A DNA stretch of 64,000 nucleotides, taken from Oculina patagonica (lineage: Eukaryota). Below, piece after piece: positions 46,701 through 58,300 of this stretch. How positions within the stretch are numbered: position 1 is the first letter of the stretch; each line of letters starts with the position of its first letter. The stretch is from the NCBI RefSeq assembly GCF_052425735.1, contig NC_135758.1, positions 36,084,001-36,148,000 of the forward strand, written 5' to 3'. The position numbers and the translations under genes were made by a program. The notes under the pieces were generated by a model that saw only the letters and a list, made by a program, of their open reading frames with translations, had not been told where the DNA came from and ran no database searches.

Positions 46701-49700
46701 TTTGTCCACTTGGCTCTGATACGCAGTGAAGTCAGATCACTCAGGACACGTATCATTTCATTGCTTGTGGGTTGCCTTCCAGAAGTGTTTCCTACCCTCC
46801 ACTCACTTTCTACAAGTTTTACCTGGAAACACAAATAAACTAAGTTTGCCCGTGACTAGGTTTTCTCAGTCGTCCATTATGTTGCCTATTCCAACCCAAT
46901 CTGACTGCCCAGACAGGCTTGCCAATAAATGTATTACCGGTAGACTCTAATGTCCATCGAAAATACAAATAAACTTTAAACTTAAAATGCTGCATTGTTA
47001 ACTAAAGGCTGAGTAATACGGGCCATGTTTTCTTTTAAATCGTCGCACAACGTTGCATTGCCAGTTGAAAAGGGTCATTGGGCACATTACTAACCATGTT
47101 ACCCAAAGTTGAACTCTAGACTACTTTGTACAACAAGTTAAAGCAGCTTTGAACATGAGTAGTAATACACGAAATGATACTTTTTAACATAAATTCTACA
47201 TTGTTGTGGGACAAGTTACAAGTACATGCAAATGTTGCCTGTTTTATTTGACCTTAGTGCAGCATTAAATTAATATTTTATGGATCATCAAATTGTGACG
47301 ATCATGAGTTCAAAAAATTGTTTTAAAACATCCTTACTTTGTGCTACTTCTGAATTTTTTCTTACCTCATATTTATTGAAATCATCTCCTCCTGGTGGAG
47401 GAGTACCAAGGCTAGTGACAAGCGGCTGATCAAACCACTTGCCTTCAAGGATAACATCACCCTTAGAAGATGCTACAGGGCTAGATGCATCATCCTGCTG
47501 TAAATAGAATGTCAGTGAAAACGGGTATGCAGATCTCTGGTCTCCAAGGTACTTGTCAGGTGCAACAAAATAAACATCCTCTGAGCCAGCAGTATCGACT
47601 TTCATGGACCCTCTGAAAAAAGAACAGTAAAGAAGCAAACAATCAAAAATGATCATCTACTTTAAGAGTGTTTTTGAGTAAGTGTCAAAAGAAATTCACA
47701 TTTGCTTTAGTTTTACATTACATGTACTATGCTTAGTGATTGGTTTTAAAAACTTGTGCCACTTTCTTAACCAATCAGATGTAAAATCAAAACCAATCAT
47801 GACTGGCTAACATACGCTTTCCTACCCTTTGTGCCGGCTACATGTAGTTGCTTACACGTAGTTGCTTTGTCCTTTGTGATTGGAGACTGATTACTTTGGT
47901 TTTGGTTTCATACAACACTCGATTGAAAACTGCCATAAATACAACACTAGCAACGCAACGCCTGAAAATACAACACAAGCAACGCAACGCCTGAAATTCT
48001 GAAGGTGAGCATTAGAAGGACACGGTTAATACAGCTACGAGTCAGTTAAGAGTCCTACAATTGCAGACATGAAAGTTGCCAAATCTTTTTTTTTTGCTAC
48101 AATACATCTTGGAGTGAAAAAGGTTAAGGGTTTTGAAAATAGAGTGGCAAAATTGTCAACACATAAATTTATGATTGTAAGAAGAACATTGTATACTTAG
48201 CATAATCATAAAATGTTGGATCTCTAGTATCAGTCACCTCACATACAAGTAAAATTAACACTTTACACTTAAAATGGAGGTCAAATCACACTTACACTTC
48301 GGCAATACGAGGTGTTACAGTCCAGTCCAGCTCTAGATCAACTAAGTTCCCAGCACTGTTAATTGCTGTCCAGTTATCCACATCAACAAAAAATAACACT
48401 GACAGATTTGTGGCAATCTCTGAAACAAACCACCCCTGGTCGCTCACACAGCTTGAAGATTTGTTCGAACACTGGCACTCCAGACAACCCTCAGAATTGT
48501 TGACACTTAAACCATAATAGCCTGATGGACATGTGTCACATTGACGGCCGAGTGAATGTTCCTTGCAAGGACACTGGCCAGTCGTCTTGTTACACACAAG
48601 GTTGGCACTTCCCGCAAGGTTACATTCACATGACGTACAACCTGTGGGTAACATCAAAGCTTTAAAATTGAAGGTACATGTAATATAATCTAATTGAATT
48701 TTTGTAGGAAGTCCACACACATCTGCAGGTAGCACACTGTATATTGGGTCCCACTGTCTTGATAGCCAAAGGAAATGAAAACTTGCTCCATATGTGGTGA
48801 AACAAACTTGTTACACACTTTATATGGTAAAAACTAACTGCAACTTGCAGGTTTTTTCTATAACAAAATAATATTATTTATACTTGTCTAAATACCCAGA
48901 GACTTCTTTAAAGGGACTGTGTCACGGATTTTAGCCAAATTTAGCCATGTGAAATGACCAACAAATTCAGTGAAATATAAAAAATAACCTCTTAAAGCAG
49001 TGAAGGGACATTTCAATATCACAGCAAAAACAAAAGAAGGTACGGATGGCAAAAAATGAAGAAGATTGAAACGGATTGCGATATCAGTTTTTGAAATCTT
49101 GTTGGGCTGAACAGTTCTCAAAGTTAGCGTCGTTTTCTTGTAACTTTAAATTACAACGCCCGGGAGACAGTCATTTGGTTGCAATAAAGCTATGGTTTTA
49201 TCATTTAGATCCATAGAAGTAATTTCTTTGCAGACATTAAGTTTCATAGCGAGTATTTGGCAAAGCTTAAAAAAATAATCTTAACTCCGCCGTGACACAG
49301 TCCCTTTAATGCCCAGTTCACACATTTGAATGAGATGCCTCTGCAGGGAATCATGGACATTATAGTTGCCGGGTTTATTAAACAACACTGTTTTAAAAGG
49401 CTTGGACTGAACTACTATTGATTCCCTGCAGGAGCATCTTCTAGAGGGAACTGGGCGTTCCTAGAACTAAGTGTATGTGACATCATCTGATTAATATTGA
49501 AGAGCTAAAGCACAGACGTTTTTGAGCCTCAGAAGGTGACTGCTGTTGTTGGTGGTGCATACTCACCTCCACAAATGAGTTGGAAAACTCTCGTTTTAAC
49601 ATTTATAACTTGATGTTATGGACAAAAAGTAAATAACGCATGCCAAAGAAGAGACAATTCGACTTCCAGTTGCCAACTGTGGCTCAAAAATATCTGTGTT

Positions 49701-52700
49701 AAGCTCACTATTGTCAATGTCAGACGTTCTCTAACTGTTAGGTGTGACACTCACATTGTACATTGTACATGGTACATTAAAAAATTTAACTCCAAAGGAC
49801 TTTTACACCAGTATGTACCCACCCTGATTTGTAAGATTGTAAAACTGATCAACACATCCTGTACATTTTCCACCATTTATACCAGGCTTGCAGCTACAAA
49901 TACCACTGTTGTCATCACACTGAAGGTTGCTAGAGTACACAGGGTGGCAGCTACAAGGGGAACAGCCTGCTCCACTGTTAAAATCATAGAAATTTGTCTG
50001 ACAGCTGTTACATTGCAGACCTGCCACATTTTCCCTGCACGAACACTGTCCCGTCTCCGCATGGCAAAAAGTTTCATTTGCACCAATCATATTACAGGAA
50101 CACGCTGTCAATGAAAAAAATAAGGTCAGTATTTATGAGATGATGGCATAAAAGTCTCTGGTTGCTCGGTCTCACTTCCCATACTTCAAATTAGGGAAAT
50201 TTAGGTCAACCTACTGGTAGTTAACCATTAGTAGACTGTTAAAAAAGTCCCTACTAAATCTTAAGCCCTGACCAAACGGCAACGCAAGTAGACGCCAATT
50301 GAAAACTTGTGTCTACTTGCGTCTCTGTTTGGCCAGGACTTGTGTTGACTTGTGTACACTTGCATTGAATTGCATTCACTTTGGTCGAGATCAAATTTGC
50401 ACTTAAGTTAACGCAAGTTTTTCGCCGTTTGGCCACCCTTCGTATTTATTTATTTTTCTCGAAGATACCGGTATTAGCTACAATATAAATATTATATTTA
50501 AAGCTACTCTAAAATTCGAGTGAAAATAAAGTCTATGTATGTATGTCTATGTAATTCAAAGCATTTTTTGCAGTTTACTTCAAATACTGAATTGCACCTC
50601 GTAGCATTTTAAATGATATTTTGCAAACTTGCGTCCACTTGTGTTACCGTTTGACCAGGGCTTTACAGTTGTCTCTAAAACTGTCAGGAATTAAATTCAT
50701 GTAGAATTTATTGAACAATATTTAATATCTATTTTCTGTCTCACCTTGGCAACCCTGTCCAGAGGAGAAGTTAAAGTAATCAGGCCTGCACTGATCACAT
50801 GTACGACCAATCACATTGGACTTGCAAGAACACTGTCCTCCATTTCTGCCGCACTCTTCATGGTTGTTTGATCCAACTGAGCTACAGTTGCAACCTGTGT
50901 GAAAAATGGTGACCATCAATATACACTATACATACACCTAATTGAAGAAATGTTGACGCTGAAAAAAAGCACAAACCATGAACAATAAGACCGATTGGCA
51001 AGTTGAGTCATATTCCATTTATTAATAATCATGACGTTTTCTTCTTTTGGAGCCTTAAGAGCACGATTTAAGCAACCTGTCGTATCAGAATGTTTATTCT
51101 TCCACAGACAGGGATTACTTTTTTCCGATTCCCTAGCAAACATTTGGGTCGCATTGTTCATGGTTGATGCTTTTCACAGATCAACGTTTCTTCAATCAGG
51201 CATATACAGTATGGTATATGTTGTGGTTCAAATCTTTCCTTGGTTTAAAATTTTTCAAACCAGTTTGAATTTTATTTTCCTCTGTTTCTGGTTATGATAA
51301 AAACTGGTTTGAAAAATTTCAAACCAAAAAAATTTAAACACAGCACATATATACATGAGCATTGTAAAACCAGCTGTTTATTGTTACCCTCCCTTCAAAA
51401 GCCTTGCTACACTGCAACTCTACTATTACTTATAACAAACCTCCAAATTCACGACCACGCCACAAGTAAAGATTATCTGAACATTGTCATTGAGTATTCT
51501 AATAGCATAAGAAATTACATTTTCCACATATTAAACATTATTACAAACATAACATAATGTAAAAATCTTGTAATTACTTTGTCCTTCACCAAAGACGTCT
51601 CCAAACACTGGGGAAAGGGCAGCACTTCCTTCTTCAGAGTTTGCTGACCACGTTCGCAGTGAAGCTGATGAATTGTAATAGAAGGTCATATTTTCTTGCA
51701 CTTTGGGAGAAGCTTCCTGGAATGCCTCATACTCTGATATAGTTGGCATAACCACAATCTGTACAAAAATCAAAAATACAAATTAGCAACTTCTGCTGAA
51801 CACTGGACACCCCGCATTGGCAGCCAGTCCTCCTGAAACCCTACTCATACATTCGTGGTCTCAGCTGCACATAAAAACATTACATTTTGCTTGACACACT
51901 AAGAAAAAAGGAGGGACTGCTCTTAGTCTAAGCTCAATTAGGTTATAAGTGTGCAGTGGTGTAGCTAAGAAAACCCTAAGCCAGCTCAATTACAAGCCCA
52001 GCTGGCTTTTCTGGCCTTGATTTAAGTTCTCTTTCAGCTGGTGAATTAGCCGGCAGCTGGCCCTTAGCAACATCCCTGCATGTGAAAAATCCTTATCAAA
52101 CTAGTACAACGAACATGAAGTTAGCTAAGTTGGACTAGACTGGAAAATACTTAGCACCTGGTCATTTGACATGGACCTTGCTGGGCTCAGTCCATATGCC
52201 ACAACCTTAAGTCACTTTTTTTCCTGTATGGCCCGCCCTCTTCCTCAGTCTATTTAATACTCAGTCTATAAACTTACTGAATCCACAACAATTTCTGCAT
52301 CTGGCAATGCTCTTCGCCTCCTTCGACTATTCACTGCAGCTGCCTGTGCACTCCCTGATGGGATTTCCAGTGTGACAAGGTACTGACCAGCCAACAAACA
52401 TTGCCGGCCATAATCATGAGCTTCATTTTTAGCAGACACTGCCTCGCGGAGATTGTATAATTCATTGCTGGTAATCTGGGCATTGTTGTTGCATGAAAAG
52501 TTGGTAAAAGTTGTCCGTAGCAAAGCAGTTATCTTAATCAAACTCCAATCATAATTTGTCTGGAAAATAATAAAAGGACAATAATAATGAGTTAAGTGTG
52601 ATGCATGAGAATCATAGATTGAAAACACTTTTTTCTTTGTGTGCAAAATTAAATTTGCTAATTAATACTGTACTTGTACATACACCTAATTGCAATATTA

Positions 52701-54026
52701 TAACGTTGTCATAGAAAAAAGAAAAAAGTAAACAGGAATTTATTAGCGTAATTTGATAGCTGGTAGCATTAACAGAAAACTCATGAGTTTTTATCTGCAC
52801 ACTTTGAGTCCACGTTTTTATGAATTGATTCAGTCCTATTTTGAGGCATTTTAAGGTCGTTGTTACGAATAAATTTCATGCATGCACTTAATTAATTCCT
52901 ATTTGACTTTTTACTTGTTTCTATGACAACCTTATTGCAATTAGGTGTATCTCTACATGTCTGGTCTGCAAGGAGAAAACTACAGTATTCTTACCATGTA
53001 TCGCAGAATAAAATTATAGAATCCAGTTTTAGGTATGACAACAGTGAACTCAAGCTCAGTTGGAGACGGACCGCTGGAACCCTCATTCAGGACCACACCC
53101 ACGACAAGAACAGGGTCTCCAGCAGTGTTTATTATTGACGTGTGATTTATTCTCTTTGTTGGTGGCTGAAGGAAAAAGAAGAGATAAACATCATAAAAAA
53201 AAAACTCTGCAGATATTAACCAGGATGCAAAAGCTGGCAACAAAAGTAAACAGACATTTCCCTTCTGCCCCATACATACAGTAACTGTCGGTCTAAGATT
53301 TCAACCATAAAAATTCCATACTGATAATGTAGCTTTACAAAGAATAAGGATATTAAGTATTTCTGATTGGTCAGTGCTCACATGCAAACATTCACATCTT
53401 GCGACAAACAATCGGAGAAAGTCGTGTACAGTCAACTCTCTTTTAACAGACCCCTTAACAAGACAGAGACCTGGTCTTGGTCCCGGCCCTGCCATTTTTC
53501 AGTCATTTTTCTGTAACTTTAAGATGTAACTTTAACTCTAAGATGGACACCTCTCTAAGACGGACAGTTGGAGCCTGTCCGTCCGTTTTAGAGAGAATTC
53601 ACTGTACAAAGATGTATATATGTAGAGCTACAGCACACCATCAGTATGGCGTTTTTGGAGTTGAATCTTACATGTAGATGTCTCCCTAGTGGGGATGGAT
53701 TGGGTTTGCAAACAGAAATGTCTGTCTACTCAGGGAAGCAATCTCTAGTTTATTCATTTGGTGTCTATATGTAGGCTATGTATTGCAAACCATGCTGCAC
53801 ACATTATACTTACAGTTTTAGGTGTAGCATCCTCAGCTTGAAATGTCATGAAATCTACACTTGGCACAAAGAAGCCAGGTTCAATCACATCACATTTATC
53901 TCCAGAGAATCTTGGTCTGCAGTAACATTGTCCAGATGATGAACAAGAAGTATTGAATGAGCCAGCCAGGTCACAGTTGCATGCTGTACAGCCAGGATTT
54001 TGAGACGTCAAGCCATAGTAACCATC
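32201..54026 (-). CDS. Laminin chain with hybrid beta/gamma architecture; 5'-incomplete (signal peptide, LN domain and first LE repeats missing at the gap); 23 exons, about 1646 aa visible
   Basis: Exons in transcript order: 54026-53814, 53165-52995, 52559-52278, 51758-51578, 50894-50745, 50104-49823, 48641-48296, 47612-47366, 46822-46644, 45800-45580, 44920-44694, 44007-43830, 43287-43097, 41391-41298, 40591-40454, 39743-39490, 38582-38283, 37646-37251, 36622-36339, 35662-35521, 34259-34083, 33406-33262, 32343-32201 (TGA). All GT-AG and in phase (4941 nt). Domain order: 8-Cys LE repeats; IV-B entry motif CDVIEPGFFVPSVDFMTFQAEDA; 4 LE; IV-A motifs YFVAPDKYLGDQRSAY, GDVILEG, VLSDLTSLRIRA; 6 LE; about 600 aa of coiled coil ending QYGRCAGA*. 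Confidence 0.93.
32773..32917. mobile_element. Palindromic MITE (GGATAxCG/ATCCA family); degenerate copy near 24580-24710
   Basis: Nearly complete hairpin GGCCTAGTTGTTCGAAGG...CCTTCGAACAACTGGGGCC. Confidence 0.75.
34672..34881. mobile_element. Harbinger-like MITE
   Basis: TIRs AGCCTGGTTTTCACTAGCGACGCAAGCACAAGCGC...GCGCTTGTGCTTGCGTCGCTAGTGAAAACCAGGCT. Confidence 0.75.
38678..38935 (+). repeat. Interspersed repeat; inverted copy at about 43485-43770
   Basis: The two loci give near-identical mirrored ORF translations (MFRLRRYIKHSRQCFIGY...). Confidence 0.75.
41541..42190 (-). mobile_element. 5'-truncated non-LTR retrotransposon (CR1/L2-group LINE 3' end) with a (TTA)n tail
   Basis: Remnants LVEKVQRRASRIALG..MPYEERRKLLNWNSLQHRR..ECYK and RINAFKYSFFVRIIKEWNNLP; (AAT)n microsatellite at 41541-41628. 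Confidence 0.85.
42665..43052 (+). mobile_element. hAT-like MITE, intact relative of the split copy in ABHD16A intron 4
   Basis: TIRs CAGGGCTCGAGACTAA...TTAGTCTCCAGCCCTG; degenerate 8-bp TSD TACGAATT/TACGATGT. Confidence 0.85.
48912..49305. mobile_element. Kolobok-like MITE
   Basis: TTAA-AGGGACTGTGTCACGG...CCGTGACACAGTCCCT-TTAA. Confidence 0.8.
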
Positions 54027-54462
54027 CTAATTGGTATAAATACATAATTTTGCAAGATGAAAAACTTTGGAAGTTGCAGTGGCTTATTATGGTTAACGTG
54101 TTAGACTCTGGATCTAGCAGTTTGGGTTCCAGTGCTGGCTAAAGTTCTCCCACAGGGCCAGTCTCCACCAGGAGTATATGAAGGGGTACTGGGAGTTGTT
54201 TATAAGAAAACTTGGCAAAATTCTGGGGAGACCTGTGATGGACTACCATCCAATATAAGAAGAGAGGCAGAGTTCCTAGCTGTGTCAAGTTACTTGGTAA
54301 GCACTTGCCTGTTCATCCACTGAGCGCTGAAAAGACTTTTGCAATGAATAATCATAAATATATTTAACACAGTGTTGAGTAACACCTAGGCTTTGGTAGA
54401 TCCCTTCCCACCCATGGTTCCCCACAACTATAGTTTAGTGACTATGTAAGGCTAACAACTGT

Positions 54463-54962
54463 NNNNNNNNNNNNNNNNNNNNNNNNNNNNNNNNNNNNNN
54501 NNNNNNNNNNNNNNNNNNNNNNNNNNNNNNNNNNNNNNNNNNNNNNNNNNNNNNNNNNNNNNNNNNNNNNNNNNNNNNNNNNNNNNNNNNNNNNNNNNNN
54601 NNNNNNNNNNNNNNNNNNNNNNNNNNNNNNNNNNNNNNNNNNNNNNNNNNNNNNNNNNNNNNNNNNNNNNNNNNNNNNNNNNNNNNNNNNNNNNNNNNNN
54701 NNNNNNNNNNNNNNNNNNNNNNNNNNNNNNNNNNNNNNNNNNNNNNNNNNNNNNNNNNNNNNNNNNNNNNNNNNNNNNNNNNNNNNNNNNNNNNNNNNNN
54801 NNNNNNNNNNNNNNNNNNNNNNNNNNNNNNNNNNNNNNNNNNNNNNNNNNNNNNNNNNNNNNNNNNNNNNNNNNNNNNNNNNNNNNNNNNNNNNNNNNNN
54901 NNNNNNNNNNNNNNNNNNNNNNNNNNNNNNNNNNNNNNNNNNNNNNNNNNNNNNNNNNNNNN
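54463..54962. other. Assembly gap, exactly 500 N
   Basis: Round-number N run, typical of a fixed-size scaffolding spacer. Confidence 0.99.
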
Positions 54963-55119
54963 TTTAAGAGACAAGAACGCACGTCACAACGAAAGAACTT
55001 CAACAGCAGTTTTTAATGCAACCAAGATGGCTGACATATTACACATACAGAACATGTGGCGCGAAAACATGCGCGCGCATACTACACTACTAATGCCGCA
55101 GGCACTGCCTGCTGGCGCA
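54963..55119 (-). repeat. 3' LTR (first 2 bases on + lost in the gap)
   Basis: Direct repeat of 60273-60427; ends in CA next to the polypurine tract. Confidence 0.93.
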
Positions 55120-55325
55120 ACCTCTTCTCACCTTTAAATGGTAGCGAACTGACAAACTGTAGTTGTACACAGGCTTGAAATACATGGGCAATAAAAATAT
55201 GAACTTAAACGAAGAAAACTGCATGTCAATTAAGACAGACTAACCAAATGTCTCAGTCTCTAGTAGTACCTTGTGAAAGTGTAAACCTAAAACTAAACTG
55301 TGGATCTAAAGGTACCACACGCAGG

Positions 55326-58300
55326 TTAAAATCTAACATAGTCCTGCAAGTGTGAAGGAGGTCTGCGCTGCCTTTGAGGTCTTGAAGCTGGGTGATCAGG
55401 AAAGTTGGGAGGAGACAACAATGGTTGATCTGTGACTGCAACATTTGTGCTTGACTCGTCTTGTACAGCGACTGGGGAAGGTGAGCGACTGATGGTATCA
55501 AGTGGTGTGTCATCACTGGTGAAGGACGGGACTTGTTCCTCGTCAGACGGAATGGTGATGAGTTCTGGAGGTGCAGGGGGAGGTAACACAGGATGTACCG
55601 GGGCTGGGGACACCGCAGGAGTTACTGGAGGCTCGACGTCCATGTCTGGGGGGGCTGAAGGACCTGGGAGGCTGGGCACAATGATGGAAGAGGGAACGGA
55701 ATAGCACTCGGACAGCTTGACTTTGTAAGAAGTGGCTCTGAGTTGTGAGCCACGAAACTTCTTTACAAAACACCAAGGGGTGTCGATGGAGACAACGACA
55801 TAGCGATCACGAGCGCGTGACTTGTCCTTATCAGAGAAGAGGTAGACAATATCTCCAACTTGTAGAGGTGGCGTGTTTGCGACAAGACCGCGGGGGTTCT
55901 TGGACTTCTCGCTATAGGCGTGGTTAGTAGAGCGATGTTTGTGCCTATCGAGTATGAGTTGGTAATCAGACAACGGCAACTGCTCATGGGTGAATTGGTT
56001 GCGTTGGGTCCACAACTCGAGAGAAGAAAGACCCGAGAAACGAAGGCGGGAGTTAAGACGTGCGGTAGCCAGAGCGAGGCCAACTTCGCCTACTGGTCCT
56101 CCACCTGGTTCTTGTCGGAGGAGCTCTTCTTCAAGTTCGCGGACTGCCTTCTCGGCGACAGGGTTGTGGTTCTTATTCTTAATACGGCCGACATCGATTG
56201 AGACGTTTAAATGTTCGAGCGAGTCGTTGTTGCTCAGGGATGAAAAACCAGGAGCAGGATCAACACGTATAACAGCTCTAGGACCATCAAGAGGGTGTAA
56301 ACCGACGATTAGTTTTGTGAGGGCATCGCGTAGAGTGTCATGCTTTTCGTCCGGTATCAAGCAAGATGCAGTAAGTGACGTGGAGCATTCTCTAAGAACA
56401 AGGATGAACTGACGGTGGCGCTTGATTACGTCAGTGGCAAAGGAGATTCCTATCACTTCGGGAGGGTCATCAGAGGATTGGGATACCAAGGTGCTCGGAA
56501 ACGACTGGAGTGAAGCGCACGTGTGGCAGGCAGATGTAACGCAGGAAATGGCGTCGCTCATGTCGAGGGCAAAGAACTGTCGTTGGAACACCATTTGGAG
56601 CTGATGGCGGGAAGGATGGTTTAGTTTGATGTGGAGGGCAGTTAGAAGACCATCCAGTACAGAACGGGGCACAACAATTGCTTCGGAAACAGGAACGAAT
56701 GGCTTGGAGTGTTTGACTACGAGGACTCCGTCACGAGCAATGGAGGTGCAGCTGAGATACCGCTTAACGTCGCGAATATTGGTGATCTTCTTTGACGGGC
56801 GAGTGCCTTGTTTGAGGTGGGCATGCACCCTTCGGAGGTCGGGGCAGTCGTTCTGGATCTGTAGCCATGCTGACCTTGTGGTGAACGGGAGGTTGGACTT
56901 CTTGTCGAGAATGTCCTGAATCGAAACGCTACGCACGACTGAGTCTTCCATTTCGTGGACGAAGGTGCAAATTTGGCATTTAGGCTCACTGCAGTCGGGG
57001 GCATTGCGACTGGTGAAGTCAGACGGAAGGTTGGCCTTACCAGCCAAATGTTGAAGACTGACTTGGTAACGGCTTACAGTCGTGAGGAAGGAAGTTACTC
57101 GGGGGCTGGCCGAGAATTCACCGCGACATAACTTTTCAATTGCTTGAACGCACGGTTTGCTGTCAGTTAATACAGTCGTAGGCTGTTGCGACTGAATGAT
57201 GAATGGAGCGAAGTGTTTGACAGCAGCAGCAATAGATAATGCTTCGACCTCGCAGGGGAGCCAGGTGACTTGGTGTTTCCGCAACTTGGCGCTGTAGAAG
57301 CCAGCAAGGGAAAGATGACTTTCACGGGTAACATACAATGTAGCACCAAGGCCTCTCTTGGTGACTGAGCCATCGGTGACTATCCAAAGAGTGTCAGAAG
57401 GACGTGGTAGGACTATGGATTTGTGTTTGGACAGATACTCCTGGGCACGCTTGAACCTGAAGGTGAGGTTCTCATCCCAAAGCAGCTTGTCGTTAGACTG
57501 GAGGCCCGTGAGGGTGCTCTCGAGGGGGTCCACTATGTCCGAGCAGTTTGGGAGTACGCGACTGAGGACTTTATAGGCTCCAATGAAGGAACGTAGGCCT
57601 TTCACACTTTGGGGAGGAGGGCATGATTGCAAGACGGCAATACGATGAGGGCTGGCTGATAGACGGCCTTGAGACCAGATCCAGCCAAGGATGGTGGTAG
57701 ACTTTGGACAGATGACAGTCTTCGTAGGGGACAAACGGAGGTTACAACGATCAAGCGCCTCCAGTACTCGTCTCCAGTTGGTCAAGAGGGTTTCGGGTGT
57801 ATCGCCGCCACAGTACAGGTCGTCTGCGAGTTTAGCCACGCAGCCTTCTTGAATTAAGTCACCCAGAACACGACACATCATTTCCTCGAGTGCGGTCTCG
57901 GAGCCAGGCATCCCCATTGCTGATCTTGTGTATACACGGATTCCACGGAAGGGGGTGGCTACACCACAGTACTTTAGAGAAGACTGGGAGAGAGGTATCT
58001 GGTAGAATGCTCGGGTGAGATCAGTTTGGATCATGTAGCGCCATGGTGTGATAGTGCGCAGGGTTGTGTCGACGTCTGGCATTAGAGATGGCTGCGGTTT
58101 ACTGTAGCGTGCTACGTCGGCAAATGCGGTCACGAGTCGGTGACCACCTGAAGGCTTTTTTAAAAGAAATGAAGGATTAAGATACTCAACGGTTATGCCC
58201 AGATCCTCGGGGCGACGGAAGACCTGGGCCTGTTCCAGCTCGTCAAACTTAGCTTGGAGTTCTACCAGTTGGTTGCGAGAGTACTGAGGTACGCGGCCTT

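Noticed and set aside
47937-47997. 29-bp tandem duplication, and short degenerate repeats at 61686-61890
   Set aside because: Ordinary intronic slippage or TE-internal repeats with no sign of function.
54435-55003. ORFs of about 180 aa made of X residues
   Set aside because: Artefacts of the N run.
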